NCBI GenBank assembly: GCA_050950505.1
Contig: JBMNHS010000001.1
Location: 448,001 to 512,000, forward strand
From: Candidatus Methanomethylophilaceae archaeon
GTDB lineage: Archaea; Thermoplasmatota; Thermoplasmata; Methanomassiliicoccales; Methanomethylophilaceae
Length of the DNA stretch: 64,000 nucleotides
Direction: 5' to 3'
Shown here: piece by piece, positions 48,723 through 58,690 of the stretch
How the letters are laid out: the number at the start of each line of letters is the position of its first letter
Numbering within the stretch: the stretch's first letter is position 1
Notes under the pieces: model-generated
Told to the model about the DNA's origin: nothing
Databases searched by the model: none
The model's input: only the letters and a program-made list of their open reading frames with translations
Position numbers and translations under genes: made by a program

Positions 48723-49589
48723 ATGAACATCAGTTCCGATTGTGTCCCGTGTTTGCTGAAAAGAGTTTTGTTCCAGGCACGCTTGGCAGACAATGATTCG
48801 GAATTCAACGCATTGTCGGCAGCATTATCCACATTCTCCGAAGAATACGAAGAAGGAAGAAACTCGGCCGAGGTTGCGACGGCAGTGCATACCGTCGCTT
48901 ACAAAGCCATGGGCATCTCCGATCCGTACAAGGGATTGAAAATCATCGCAGACGAAGTAGCGGGAAATCTCTTGGATAAAGCGCAGGAGTATGTCGAATC
49001 ATCCGATAACCGTCTGAGGGCGGCAATGACCGTGGCGATAATCGGCAACATAATGGATTTCGGACAAACAACATCGATAGATCACCCGGATCTCTTCACG
49101 GATCTTTTCGAAGAATTGTTGGAACAGGGCATAGATTCCGACGATACCGAAATTGTCGAAGAGTGTCTGAGAAAACCGGGCGACATATTGTATGTTTTTG
49201 ACAACAGCGGAGAGAGCCAGCTTGATAAAATATTGATCAGAGAACTGAAGTCCAGAGGCAAACACGTCATAGGCGTGGTCAGAGGTGCTCCGATACTCAA
49301 CGACGTAACCATGGAGGATGCATCGCGGTCGGGTTTGGACAAAGAACTTGACGATATAATCAGTACTGAAAAATTCGCAATCGGGATTCCCATGAAAATT
49401 GAAAAAGACTTATCCGAAGCCTTATCGAAAACATCTTTCATAATTGCGAAAGGAATGGCAAATTTCGAATCCATGGAAGGAAGGGATTTCGGAGTGCCGG
49501 TGGCATTCCTCTTAAGGGCGAAATGTGTGCCGGTGGCAAACGCGTTGGGTGTGGATGTCGGTACGAATGTCGCCCGCGTCGCCGTATGA
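48723..49589 (+). CDS. DUF89/ARMT1-like damage-control phosphatase
   Basis: C.PC, DPY...K, GN.MDFG, DNSGE..LD, LND, IAKGMANFE, KC motifs. Confidence 0.9.
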   Translation: MNISSDCVPCLLKRVLFQARLADNDSEFNALSAALSTFSEEYEEGRNSAEVATAVHTVAYKAMGISDPYKGLKIIADEVAGNLLDKAQEYVESSDNRLRAAMTVAIIGNIMDFGQTTSIDHPDLFTDLFEELLEQGIDSDDTEIVEECLRKPGDILYVFDNSGESQLDKILIRELKSRGKHVIGVVRGAPILNDVTMEDASRSGLDKELDDIISTEKFAIGIPMKIEKDLSEALSKTSFIIAKGMANFESMEGRDFGVPVAFLLRAKCVPVANALGVDVGTNVARVAV

Positions 49590-49628
49590 ATGCAATTAAT
49601 ATCAAAAGTACATTCAGGATTGATACCC

Positions 49629-50666
49629 ATGTCAGACAAAGTAACTCAAGCCGTCATTATGGTCGGAGGCAAAGGTACGAGGTTGAGGCCGCTCACGGAG
49701 ACCTGCCCAAAACCTCTGCTTCCGGTACTTGACAAACCCTGTCTCATGTATCTCATTGAGAATCTGGCATCATCGGGGATCGATGAAATAATATTGGCTT
49801 GCGGTTACAGATCCGCTCAACTCGTTGAAACCATAGGTGACGGTTCCGAACTGGGCATAAAAATAACCTATTCTTTTGAAGACGAGCCTCTCGGCACTGC
49901 GGGGGCAATAAAGAAAGTCGAAAGCAAATTGGACGAAACCTTCGTCGCAATGAACGGGGACGTGTTTTCCCACATAGATGTATCCGAAGCGGTCAAAGAA
50001 CATTTCGCTTCGGGTGCGACAGTGACAATTTCTCTGACGGAAGTCAAAAATCCCTGTGAATACGGAATAGCCAGAGTGGAAGATGACGGAAGAATATCCG
50101 AATTCAGAGAAAAACCGAAGCCTGAGGAAGTATTCTCAAATCTCATAAACGCAGGCACATACGTGGTTCAGAAAGAAGTTTTGAAATACGTTCCCGATGA
50201 GGGTCAATACGACTTCTCCAAAGAACTTGTCCCGGATCTTATGAAAAAGGGATATCGGGTACAGGGTTACAGATACACCGGACCTTGGTTGGACGTCGGC
50301 CGTCCTTCCGATCTTATCGGCGCCAATAAAATGGCTGCCGACCGAAATCCTATGATTCCGGGCATGAAAAAGGAATTGGCCGGCTCATCCGTCGAAGGAC
50401 CGTTTTACCTTGGTGACGGATCCGTCATGACGGGCACACTATCCAGTTCTTCATTCATTCATAAAAACTGCACCGTGGAAGATTCCGATTTGTCGAACTC
50501 ACTGGTAATGGAAGGATGCACCGTAAAATCTTCCGGACTGCATAACAGCATCCTGGGCAAAGGATGTGAAATAATGCCGGGTTCCGTCATTGAAGACTCG
50601 GTGCTCGGTGACGGTGAAAAAGTACCAGAAAACACTAAAATCGTAAGAAATGAGGTGATTCATTGA
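49629..50666 (+). CDS. Sugar-phosphate nucleotidyltransferase (mannose-1-P guanylyltransferase/HddC-like) with left-handed beta-helix tail
   Basis: GGKGTRLRPLT...PKPL, PLGTAG, NGDV, EKP, INAGTY, WLDVG motifs. Confidence 0.9.
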   Translation: MSDKVTQAVIMVGGKGTRLRPLTETCPKPLLPVLDKPCLMYLIENLASSGIDEIILACGYRSAQLVETIGDGSELGIKITYSFEDEPLGTAGAIKKVESKLDETFVAMNGDVFSHIDVSEAVKEHFASGATVTISLTEVKNPCEYGIARVEDDGRISEFREKPKPEEVFSNLINAGTYVVQKEVLKYVPDEGQYDFSKELVPDLMKKGYRVQGYRYTGPWLDVGRPSDLIGANKMAADRNPMIPGMKKELAGSSVEGPFYLGDGSVMTGTLSSSSFIHKNCTVEDSDLSNSLVMEGCTVKSSGLHNSILGKGCEIMPGSVIEDSVLGDGEKVPENTKIVRNEVIH

Positions 50667-51670
50667 AATATATCCGTTCGAGGGCTCCTCTGAGAATCGG
50701 GTTGGCCGGCGGAGGCACGGACGTAGATCCGTACGCGTCCGAAAAAGGCGGAGCCGTGTTCAACACGACGATAAACAAGTACGCATACTGTACTATAATT
50801 CCCAACGGCACCAAGAACATATCCGTGGAATCCGCGAATTACGGAATGTATGAAACATCTCTCGACGGCGGACCTCTGCCTCTCGACGGAAACATGGATT
50901 TGGTAAAGGCGGTGCTTAACCATTTTGAAATCCGGGACGGGTTCAGAATGCTTCTTCAGTCCGATTCGCCCCCGGGTTCGGGATTGGGAGGGTCTTCCAC
51001 GGTCATAGTGGCCGCCATTGCCGCAGTTGCGGAATGGACGGGAGAAAAGCTGACAAGCAGCGAATTGGCAAATCTGGCATACAAGCTTGAAAGGGAAGAC
51101 ATCGGACTCAAAGGCGGCAAACAGGACCAGTACGCCGCGGTGTTCGGCGGATTCAATCTGATGAAGTTCAGGAACGAAGGCGTTGATGTGAACAGAATCA
51201 AAATCAAAGAACATACGCTGAACGAACTGCAATACCGTTCCGTATTGTGCTATACCGGAAAGACCCGCGAATCCGCGAACATCATCGATTCCCAGATGAA
51301 AAGGTTTGAAAAGGGAGACAACGAAGAAGCCCTGGATCTGACAAAGGAAATGGCAATGGACATGGCGATGGCTTTGGAAAAAGGCGACATTGAAGAAACG
51401 GCCCGTTTATTGGATCTCGGTTGGGATTACAAAAAACAATTTTCCGATAAAATAACAAATCCGGAAATTGACAAACTGTACAATGCCGCCAAAGATTCCG
51501 GGGCCATCGGAGGCAAGGTTTCCGGTGCCGGAGGCGGCGGATTCATGTTTTTCATATGCGATTATGACAAAAAGTTCGTGGTATCCGAGAAATTGACGAA
51601 ACTCGGTGCTAAAGTAACGGATTTTATGTTTGAGCCCGAAGGTGTCGTCACATGGAGGTCGGAAGAATGA
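50663..51670 (+). CDS. hddA: GHMP kinase, HddA-like, second copy
   Basis: RAPLRIGLAGGGTD, PPGSGLGGSS, GKQDQYAA, GGKVSGAGGGGF motifs. Confidence 0.9.
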   Translation: MKYIRSRAPLRIGLAGGGTDVDPYASEKGGAVFNTTINKYAYCTIIPNGTKNISVESANYGMYETSLDGGPLPLDGNMDLVKAVLNHFEIRDGFRMLLQSDSPPGSGLGGSSTVIVAAIAAVAEWTGEKLTSSELANLAYKLEREDIGLKGGKQDQYAAVFGGFNLMKFRNEGVDVNRIKIKEHTLNELQYRSVLCYTGKTRESANIIDSQMKRFEKGDNEEALDLTKEMAMDMAMALEKGDIEETARLLDLGWDYKKQFSDKITNPEIDKLYNAAKDSGAIGGKVSGAGGGGFMFFICDYDKKFVVSEKLTKLGAKVTDFMFEPEGVVTWRSEE

Positions 51671-52698
51671 ATGAGTTACTGACTGCGGAATTTGAACAGA
51701 GCGCATCTGTAATACGAAAGTTGGACACTGCAAGCGTCGTTAAAGTGGCCGATGCAATAACATCCTCGCTCAAAAAGGGCGGAAAAGCAATCTTCATGGG
51801 CAACGGCGGATCCGCCGCGGATGCGCAGCATATCGCCGCCGAATTGTCCGGACGTTACCTGATGGACCGTCCTGCCATGGCGGGTATGGCACTGTCCAAT
51901 GTCGTGCCTATCACCGCGATAGGAAACGATTACGGTTACGAATTCGTATTCAAACGTCAGATTGAATCAATCTGCAATGAAAATGATATCGTCATAGGAT
52001 TGTCAACGTCAGGCAATTCCGAAAATGTAATACTGGCTATTGATGCGGCAAAGGCCATCGGAGCCACAACGGTATCCTTCACAGGCAACGGAGGGAAGTT
52101 GAAAGACATTGTAGATATACCCGTCATCATAGATTCCAACGAAACTCCCAGAATTCAAGAAGGTTATTTTGTCGCATGTCACGCCATCTGCGGAATGGTC
52201 GAGCGTAATATGTACGGACCGAAAGCAGTATTCATAGACCGGGACGACACGATTTACGACGATGTCGGTTATTGCAGCAAGGCCGATGATTTCAACGTGT
52301 TCGATTACGTTCCGAAATCAATAGCGAAGCTGAACGAAGCGGGATATCTGGTAATCGTAATAACAAACCAATCCGGAATAAACAGAGGTTATTTCGATCT
52401 CGACACATTGAACGGCATCCATGATAAAATGATAAAACAGATATCTGCGGGCGGGGGAAAAATAGACGATATATTCTTCTGTCCACATCATCCCGATGAA
52501 AACTGTTCCTGCAGAAAACCTGAAATCGGCATGGGTTTGGACGCTGTCAAAAAGTACAAAATAAATCTGCGCGAATCATACATGATCGGAGATTCGGACA
52601 GGGACATGGGCTTCGGCGAAAGGCTGGGATGCAAAACAATCAAAGTCACAGACGATTTCACTTTCAAAGACGCAGTCAACCAAATATTATCTTCATAA
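51667..52698 (+). CDS. GmhA-GmhB fusion (phosphoheptose isomerase + heptose-1,7-bisphosphate phosphatase)
   Basis: GNGGSAADAQH, STSGNS, RIQE; then FIDRDDTI, ITNQSG, CPHHP...CSCRKP, MIGD. Confidence 0.92.
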   Translation: MNELLTAEFEQSASVIRKLDTASVVKVADAITSSLKKGGKAIFMGNGGSAADAQHIAAELSGRYLMDRPAMAGMALSNVVPITAIGNDYGYEFVFKRQIESICNENDIVIGLSTSGNSENVILAIDAAKAIGATTVSFTGNGGKLKDIVDIPVIIDSNETPRIQEGYFVACHAICGMVERNMYGPKAVFIDRDDTIYDDVGYCSKADDFNVFDYVPKSIAKLNEAGYLVIVITNQSGINRGYFDLDTLNGIHDKMIKQISAGGGKIDDIFFCPHHPDENCSCRKPEIGMGLDAVKKYKINLRESYMIGDSDRDMGFGERLGCKTIKVTDDFTFKDAVNQILSS

Positions 52699-53583
52699 TT
52701 TCTTTGTCGTTGACACAGGATTCCAGATGTTGGCGTCGCCTTTGTTTAATTTCACATGCAGTGAGGACACGGTTCTGGAGTAGGCTTCAAGCGATGCGGT
52801 GAAGAAAATTTTCAAAGGATGGAAGCCCATTTCGCGCACAGTTTCGAAAAGAGCCTCAGTTAACAATTTCATGTTCCAGGTGGGTATGTCATAGTCATAG
52901 TTCTTTTTCATATAACGTTCGCCGATGTTCACACGGATTCTCTGTTTCAAAAAATCAGATACGGTTTCAGGACCTCTGTTGTATACCACGGCATTCGGAG
53001 CGTACACGCCACGATATCCTATTTCTTCCAGCTTCATACGCAATATATCCTCATCGGATTGAGAATCGCACGGCAGTCGGGTACCTATATCTCTGAATGC
53101 GATGAGTTCTCCTATTTTCGGATACGTTGCAGATACATGATGATGCATAACCCAGAGCATGTTCGAAGCGAAGCCTGCAAGTGAATCTCTGTCATTCGTT
53201 GGAACGGGGTGGCCTCCGGTTATTCCAACCGAAGAATTTTCAAAAGGCGATATGAGTTCCTTGAGAGTGTTCGGACCGCCCAAGACATTGTCGGCGTTCA
53301 ACAATACGGTAATAGGGGCAGTTTTTTCATCCAAAAAATAATTTATCGCAGAATTTTTACCTTCTCTTGCGGCTTGCGGAAGGAGAATCAAATTATCGAA
53401 CTCAGAAATCAATTCTGAAACTATTTCATCGGTTTTGTCAGTACTGCCGCTCGATACAACAATAACCTCGGATACGTCGAACCCATCCGTATCCTGCCGG
53501 TATATCGAACGTATGGCCTGTTCAATATTCTTTTCTTCGTTATAGGCACAAATGCCTATGGATATTTTCATATCGGAATTCAT
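52693..53583 (-). CDS. GT2 glycosyltransferase
   Basis: ISIGICAYNEE, SSGSTD.T, GK..A.N, NAD, Q..R motifs. Confidence 0.88.
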   Translation of the reverse strand: MNSDMKISIGICAYNEEKNIEQAIRSIYRQDTDGFDVSEVIVVSSGSTDKTDEIVSELISEFDNLILLPQAAREGKNSAINYFLDEKTAPITVLLNADNVLGGPNTLKELISPFENSSVGITGGHPVPTNDRDSLAGFASNMLWVMHHHVSATYPKIGELIAFRDIGTRLPCDSQSDEDILRMKLEEIGYRGVYAPNAVVYNRGPETVSDFLKQRIRVNIGERYMKKNYDYDIPTWNMKLLTEALFETVREMGFHPLKIFFTASLEAYSRTVSSLHVKLNKGDANIWNPVSTTKKL

Positions 53584-54308
53584 AGAAATCTTCTTATTCG
53601 ATGTGCAATTGTTTTTCCGAACGGTTCACACTGCCTGAGTATGGATAACATTACATTTTTATTAACTTTCGATTCACCCGCTTCTCTTTTGCCGAATTTG
53701 AAAGTAATTTCTTCAATATTGACGTTTGAAGGTCCGAATTTCAACAGATCGAACAGAGCTTTGAATCCCTGCATGTCCATTTCATCACGATGTTCTCTGA
53801 TAACCTGCTGATACAGTTCGGTTCTTCCTCCGAAGAATCCGCTCATTATATCCTTGGATCCTTTTTTGTCTCTCAGCCAGAGAGTGGTCATGGCCATTGT
53901 ATGGGCGCCCCATGACGCAATCCATCTCATCGGAGACAGCGCAGTGCGTTCTTCTCTGATTCCGATGCACAGATCCGCCCCGTTCTTCAAACGTTCGTAT
54001 GCGTACGCGACGGCTTCGGGAGGATGCTGAAAATCACAATCCATGTTGATGAAGAAATCCGTCTCACAATCCGAAATTCCCTGGAGTATGCTTGCGGACA
54101 ATCCTCTGTCTTCGGGATTTCTTTCAATAAAGGAAGTCATCGGATCGTTCAATTCTTCGATAAGTTCCTTTGAACCGTCGTCGGAATTGTCATCCATGAT
54201 AAGAATATGGAAATCAGGGTATAGTTCTCTGAGGCGTTTGGCCATCCTTTGTATGTTCCCCGCTTCCTTGTACGTGGGCAAAATAACAGTACATTTGGGA
54301 GCATCCAT
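53580..54308 (-). CDS. Polyprenol-phosphate glycosyltransferase (DPM1-like GT2)
   Basis: VILPTYKE, DDNSDDGS, RGL, MDCDFQHPP, D.MSGFF, F.KREAGESK motifs. Confidence 0.9.
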   Translation of the reverse strand: MDAPKCTVILPTYKEAGNIQRMAKRLRELYPDFHILIMDDNSDDGSKELIEELNDPMTSFIERNPEDRGLSASILQGISDCETDFFINMDCDFQHPPEAVAYAYERLKNGADLCIGIREERTALSPMRWIASWGAHTMAMTTLWLRDKKGSKDIMSGFFGGRTELYQQVIREHRDEMDMQGFKALFDLLKFGPSNVNIEEITFKFGKREAGESKVNKNVMLSILRQCEPFGKTIAHRIRRFL

Positions 54309-54381
54309 TTTTCTATCACCGATGTATCAGAAACGACTATATCATATATTCGCACACTTATTATGCAGATGGGTCGCAACC

Positions 54382-54744
54382 ATGTATGTAATATCGCTTG
54401 TGGTTAAGAATGAATTCGGTGTCATGCAGAGAGTCATGGGCGAATTCACCAGAAACAAGATTAACGTCGAAACAATCGTCGTCGGCAAATCGGAGCAACC
54501 CGGCAAGTCGAGAATGGTCCTTTCGGTGATAGACAAGTCCGAGGCGAACACGGCAATCGGTCGTCTTGAGAAACTTCAGGACGTATACGATGCGGAACTC
54601 ATCTTTGAAGAGGGACAGTCTGCGTACGCGTTGTTATCCACATCCAAAGGTAACGTCGGCGTTGTCGGAAGTTCCGAACAGGTCGACGAGATTATCGAAA
54701 TGAGCGAACCGGAGAAGTATGTCTCCGCATTGAACGCTCTGTAA
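54382..54744 (+). CDS. ACT-domain protein resembling acetolactate synthase small subunit
   Basis: ISLVVKNEFGVMQRV.GEF.RNKINVETIVVG..E..G.SRMVL; the track ORF over-extends into the opposite-strand gene. Confidence 0.8.
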   Translation: MYVISLVVKNEFGVMQRVMGEFTRNKINVETIVVGKSEQPGKSRMVLSVIDKSEANTAIGRLEKLQDVYDAELIFEEGQSAYALLSTSKGNVGVVGSSEQVDEIIEMSEPEKYVSALNAL

Positions 54745-54764
54745 TTATTGCGGAAGGAAATCAG

Positions 54765-55688
54765 ATGGAAAAGGGCGAATTTATTTGGCTCAACGGAAAA
54801 CTTGTGAAATGGGACGATGCGAGAATACACGTGATGTCCCACGGGTTCAACTACGGAACCGGAGTGTTTGAAGGAATAAGGGTGTATGACACGCCGAAGG
54901 GAAGATCCGTCTTCAGACTCAAGGAACACGTCCACCGCATGGTGGGAGGCTGCAAAATCATGGGCTTCGATATGGAGTTCGGCGGCAAAACCTACGGTGA
55001 AAAGGAAATCTATGACGCAGTAATGGAAACCGTGAGAAGCAACGAAATTGCGGATTATGTCAAACCCTGTATCTTCTTAAGCGGGGAAGAGGTTGGCTTG
55101 AATCCCGTAAACGTTCCTTCGAGCATGGTTATTTCCGCAATGTTCATGGGCAACTATCTGGGTGAAAGCGATAACGGCATGACGTTGATCACATCATCCT
55201 GGCAGAGACCGGACAATTTATGTTCGCCGGCTGGCGCCAAAGTGAACGGATCCTATATCACCTCCTGTCTTGCAAAGAAAGAAGCCGTACGTCAGGGTGC
55301 GGATGAAGCCGTGATGCTGAATTCCTGCGGGCATGTGGCGGAATGCACGGGGGAGAATATTTTCATCTATAAAAACGGAAAAATCATTACTCCTTTGCCC
55401 TCGGAAAGCATTCTGGAAGGCATCACGAGGAATTCAATCATCGAAGTCGCCCGTGACATGGGTTACACAGTGGAAGAAACCTTGGTGTCCCGCACACAGC
55501 TCATAACCGCCGATGAGGTATGGATGACCGGGACCGCGGCGGAAGTCGCTCCCGTCACACGGATTGACGGCAGAGTCATAGGCAGCGGCAAAGTGGGAAA
55601 AGTTTCCAAAGAAGTCGGTAAAAAATTCCACGAAGTCGTTACCGGCAAGGATCTTGCCTACGAGAAGTGGCTGGATTACGTAAATTGA
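54765..55688 (+). CDS. ilvE: Branched-chain amino acid aminotransferase
   Basis: HGFNYGTGVFEGIR, AK.NG.Y, E..GENIF, LEGITR, TGTAAEV motifs. Confidence 0.96.
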   Translation: MEKGEFIWLNGKLVKWDDARIHVMSHGFNYGTGVFEGIRVYDTPKGRSVFRLKEHVHRMVGGCKIMGFDMEFGGKTYGEKEIYDAVMETVRSNEIADYVKPCIFLSGEEVGLNPVNVPSSMVISAMFMGNYLGESDNGMTLITSSWQRPDNLCSPAGAKVNGSYITSCLAKKEAVRQGADEAVMLNSCGHVAECTGENIFIYKNGKIITPLPSESILEGITRNSIIEVARDMGYTVEETLVSRTQLITADEVWMTGTAAEVAPVTRIDGRVIGSGKVGKVSKEVGKKFHEVVTGKDLAYEKWLDYVN

Positions 55689-55697
55689 AATTCTTTA

Positions 55698-55714
55698 CCC
55701 GCCGCAAGGCGGGA
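55698..55714. terminator. Hairpin between convergent ilvE and GT4 genes
   Basis: CCCGCC-GCAA-GGCGGG stem with GNRA loop. Confidence 0.6.
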
Positions 55715-55718
55715 TTCT

Positions 55719-56801
55719 TCATTCATTTCCATTGATTACGTTTAACAGCAAGGATTCGAAATTGCCGATATGGTATTTCCAATCATATGTTTCCGCATGG
55801 GCTCTTGCGGCAGACCTCAGTGAAATTCTTTTTTCATCGTCATTGAGCAAATCATTCATGGCCTCGGCAAGCGCGGTGGAATTCTTTGATGGCACGGCAA
55901 TGCCCCCGTCCCCGATGGTATCGGGCAACCCGTTGACATCAGATGATATAATCGGCCGACCGTAAGACATCAATTCAATTGCGGCAAGACCCAGTGATTC
56001 AAACAGAGAAGGCATGACGAAGAATTTACAGGTGCTCATCAGCAAGCCCTTCTCTTCTTCGCTCACGTATCCTTTCATTTCTATTTTGTCTTCAAGACCC
56101 AATTTCTTGATCTGTTTTTTCAATCTGGATTCTTCCGGACCCTTACCGCAGATTATCAGCTTGCCGTCAACTTCGGTCATCGCTTCCACAAGATATTTCA
56201 GTCCTTTGGTTCCAATCAGCCTCCCCAGTGACAGGATGAAATCTCCTTCTTCATCGGTGGTTTCCGGAAATGACGTAAGGCATGACGGAATCGTAGACGT
56301 CAGTTCGGACGGAATGCCTCTGGAAATCAAATCTTTGCGAACATAATCGCTTACGCACACGATGTGATCGAAAGTGTCCAGTGTTTTTCTGAATCGGTTA
56401 TCGTTTATTTTTGAAATCCGTCCGGTCAGACCCACCCCTTCCCCCCACATGTTGTGGTACGTGAAAACCTTCTTTCCCCGGTATTTTCTCAAATCGGAAG
56501 AGTAGGACGGTGCCCACCGGTAATTGAAATTGACGACGTCCGCATCAAAGGACTCCAATGTTTCCAGAACGTTTTCGGATGAAACGACAGGAGGATTGTA
56601 CACGTTGATGTAACGGGATTTCAACCGCACTATACGGTAGCCTTCGTCGGCAATCTCTTCCTCCGGCGTCCCGGGAAGTCTGCTTGTCAGTATGGTAACG
56701 TCATGTCCCCGTTCGGTCAGCAAGGCGGCTGTGTCATGCATTCTTCGTTCGATTCCGCCTTTGTAAGGATAAAAAAATGGATTTATATCAACAAATTTCA
56801 T
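55719..56801 (-). CDS. GT4 glycosyltransferase
   Basis: FYPYKGGIE, GHDVTILT, LGRL...KG, ESLGLAAIELMSYG motifs. Confidence 0.92.
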   Translation of the reverse strand: MKFVDINPFFYPYKGGIERRMHDTAALLTERGHDVTILTSRLPGTPEEEIADEGYRIVRLKSRYINVYNPPVVSSENVLETLESFDADVVNFNYRWAPSYSSDLRKYRGKKVFTYHNMWGEGVGLTGRISKINDNRFRKTLDTFDHIVCVSDYVRKDLISRGIPSELTSTIPSCLTSFPETTDEEGDFILSLGRLIGTKGLKYLVEAMTEVDGKLIICGKGPEESRLKKQIKKLGLEDKIEMKGYVSEEEKGLLMSTCKFFVMPSLFESLGLAAIELMSYGRPIISSDVNGLPDTIGDGGIAVPSKNSTALAEAMNDLLNDDEKRISLRSAARAHAETYDWKYHIGNFESLLLNVINGNE

Positions 56802-57388
56802 ACATCCAACCCCGATTTCTTCTTTTTATAGAAAGACAGTATGAAACTTATGATGATTACGGCCATCGTCATCACTATCGTAAAGGTTTGAGCCATATCC
56901 GAACTGAAGAAGACGAAGAAGAATCCGCTGAACAGCAGGATAAAACCGTACTTGAGATAACATCCCACCACTATGTAAAGCATGGATTTCTTGTAATCCC
57001 ATTCATCAATGATGGATATGAACGCTCCGGCAAAAGGAATCATCGGGGCAAACCGGTTTACCAGGAATATTCTTTCATCGCTCACCATCAAAAAGTTGAC
57101 GTATTTGTCCGCTACCTTTCTGATTCTTTCAGGAACCCGGATATAATCCACAATCCCGTAAAGCAGTGAAATTCCCAGAATTTCGCCTATGGATGCGGCA
57201 ACCAGCAAAGAAATTCCGAATGTAAAACTGCTCGGCATATACATGAAACCGATTACGAAGAACAATTCCGGGAGGGTGGGAAAAAACACCGCGTCTATGA
57301 AGAAAATCAATGCTACAAACACGATGATGCCTATGGCACCGTGGGGACCGAACACATCCAACATCCATTCGCTTATGCTGAAGCTCAA
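56798..57388 (-). CDS. DedA/VTT-like membrane protein
   Basis: FFIDAVFFPTLPELF, RFAP.IP motifs; several TM segments. Confidence 0.65.
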   Translation of the reverse strand: MSFSISEWMLDVFGPHGAIGIIVFVALIFFIDAVFFPTLPELFFVIGFMYMPSSFTFGISLLVAASIGEILGISLLYGIVDYIRVPERIRKVADKYVNFLMVSDERIFLVNRFAPMIPFAGAFISIIDEWDYKKSMLYIVVGCYLKYGFILLFSGFFFVFFSSDMAQTFTIVMTMAVIIISFILSFYKKKKSGLDV

Positions 57389-58542
57389 CGGTTCCCTTCC
57401 TCCAGTCTTTTCTTTTTGTTTCTTATGACTTCAGAGTACAGATCAACGGTTTTTTCAGCGGAAGCCAGAGCAGAATACGTCAATGCGGATTCACGGGAAG
57501 ATTGTTTTATTTCCTCACTGGCATTCAGCCCCTTTTCTATTGCCGAAACACAATCGTTTTCACCGTTAAACAGGAATCCGTTTTCTCCGTCTTTTATTAT
57601 ATCTTTGAAAGCTCTGGCATTGCGACATACGCAAGGCAATCCGGAAGACATGGCTTCGAGTACGGACAACCCCTGGGTTTCAAAAGCGGAGCATGAAATA
57701 AGCATGTCTGCACCGGCATAAGCGTAAGGAAGATCCCCGTCAGGGACGAATCCCGAAAATTTCACTTTATGTTCAAGACCCATTTCGGAAACCAATTCTT
57801 TCAGTTCCTCTTTCTGGGGACCGTTGCCGACTATCACCAATTCGGCGTCGATATCTTTCATTGCACGTATGGCCATGTCGATTTCTTTTTCAAAAGAAAT
57901 ACGGCCGACGTGAAGAATTCTTTTGACGTCGTTTTTAAGATGGAATTTCTTTTCGAATCTGTTCTCGTCCAACCCCGGGCGGAACACGTCGGTATCTATA
58001 CCTGTGGGTATGGTAACGAGCGATCGCATATCTTTGACATAATCCGTCAATTCTTCGCCGATGGGTTCCGTCGGAACAATCACCGCATCCATTCTTTTCA
58101 TTACGTTTTTGAGATAGATCCAAATCAAACGGTCCAAAACATCCTTGGAAAGTTTGATCGGAGAATATTTGTGGGCAACCTCGCCGACCATGGTGTGAAA
58201 CGTCATGACAACCGGTATTTTCAGAAAATGGGCCAACATCAACCCTCTCACGGCCATGGTGGCGACGCCGTGAACATGCAGAACGTCAAAATTCAAAGAT
58301 TCAACGCGTTCACGGTCAAGAGAAGGCAAAACGGGAACGAAATATCCCTGATAAGATTTCAGTCTGACCGAGCGTATCCAAAGCACTTTGGAATCTTCGG
58401 TGCGTTCATCCTTTCCCGGGTCGGGTGCGACAACCCACACATCATGACCCAGTTCTTCCAAAGATCTGCGAATCATCGTGACTGAAGTGACCACTCCGTC
58501 CCTTGTCGGATAATAACTGTCGGTCATCAGTGCTATTCGCAT
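57385..58542 (-). CDS. GT4 glycosyltransferase (glycolipid glucosyltransferase-like)
   Basis: MRIAL.TDSYYP..DGV, TFHT, IPTGID, VGRISFEK, ETQGLSVLEAM motifs. Confidence 0.92.
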   Translation of the reverse strand: MRIALMTDSYYPTRDGVVTSVTMIRRSLEELGHDVWVVAPDPGKDERTEDSKVLWIRSVRLKSYQGYFVPVLPSLDRERVESLNFDVLHVHGVATMAVRGLMLAHFLKIPVVMTFHTMVGEVAHKYSPIKLSKDVLDRLIWIYLKNVMKRMDAVIVPTEPIGEELTDYVKDMRSLVTIPTGIDTDVFRPGLDENRFEKKFHLKNDVKRILHVGRISFEKEIDMAIRAMKDIDAELVIVGNGPQKEELKELVSEMGLEHKVKFSGFVPDGDLPYAYAGADMLISCSAFETQGLSVLEAMSSGLPCVCRNARAFKDIIKDGENGFLFNGENDCVSAIEKGLNASEEIKQSSRESALTYSALASAEKTVDLYSEVIRNKKKRLEEGNR

Positions 58543-58690
58543 GTTGTTGTACCTTCTTACCGTGACGTATACTCTCAATTCTTAATAAAGTGAGTATATG
58601 AAGATTCTTCGGAAGAAATCGCCATAACAGATTCACAACATGTTCTGATGTTTGCGAATTACTGATATATTGAGATATCATTGTCCTGCC

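Noticed and set aside
54043-54381. N-terminal extension of the ACT protein in the ORF track (similar over-extensions at 48567, 10152 and 63106)
   Set aside because: These extensions overlap neighbouring genes, and downstream ATGs match the family N-termini.
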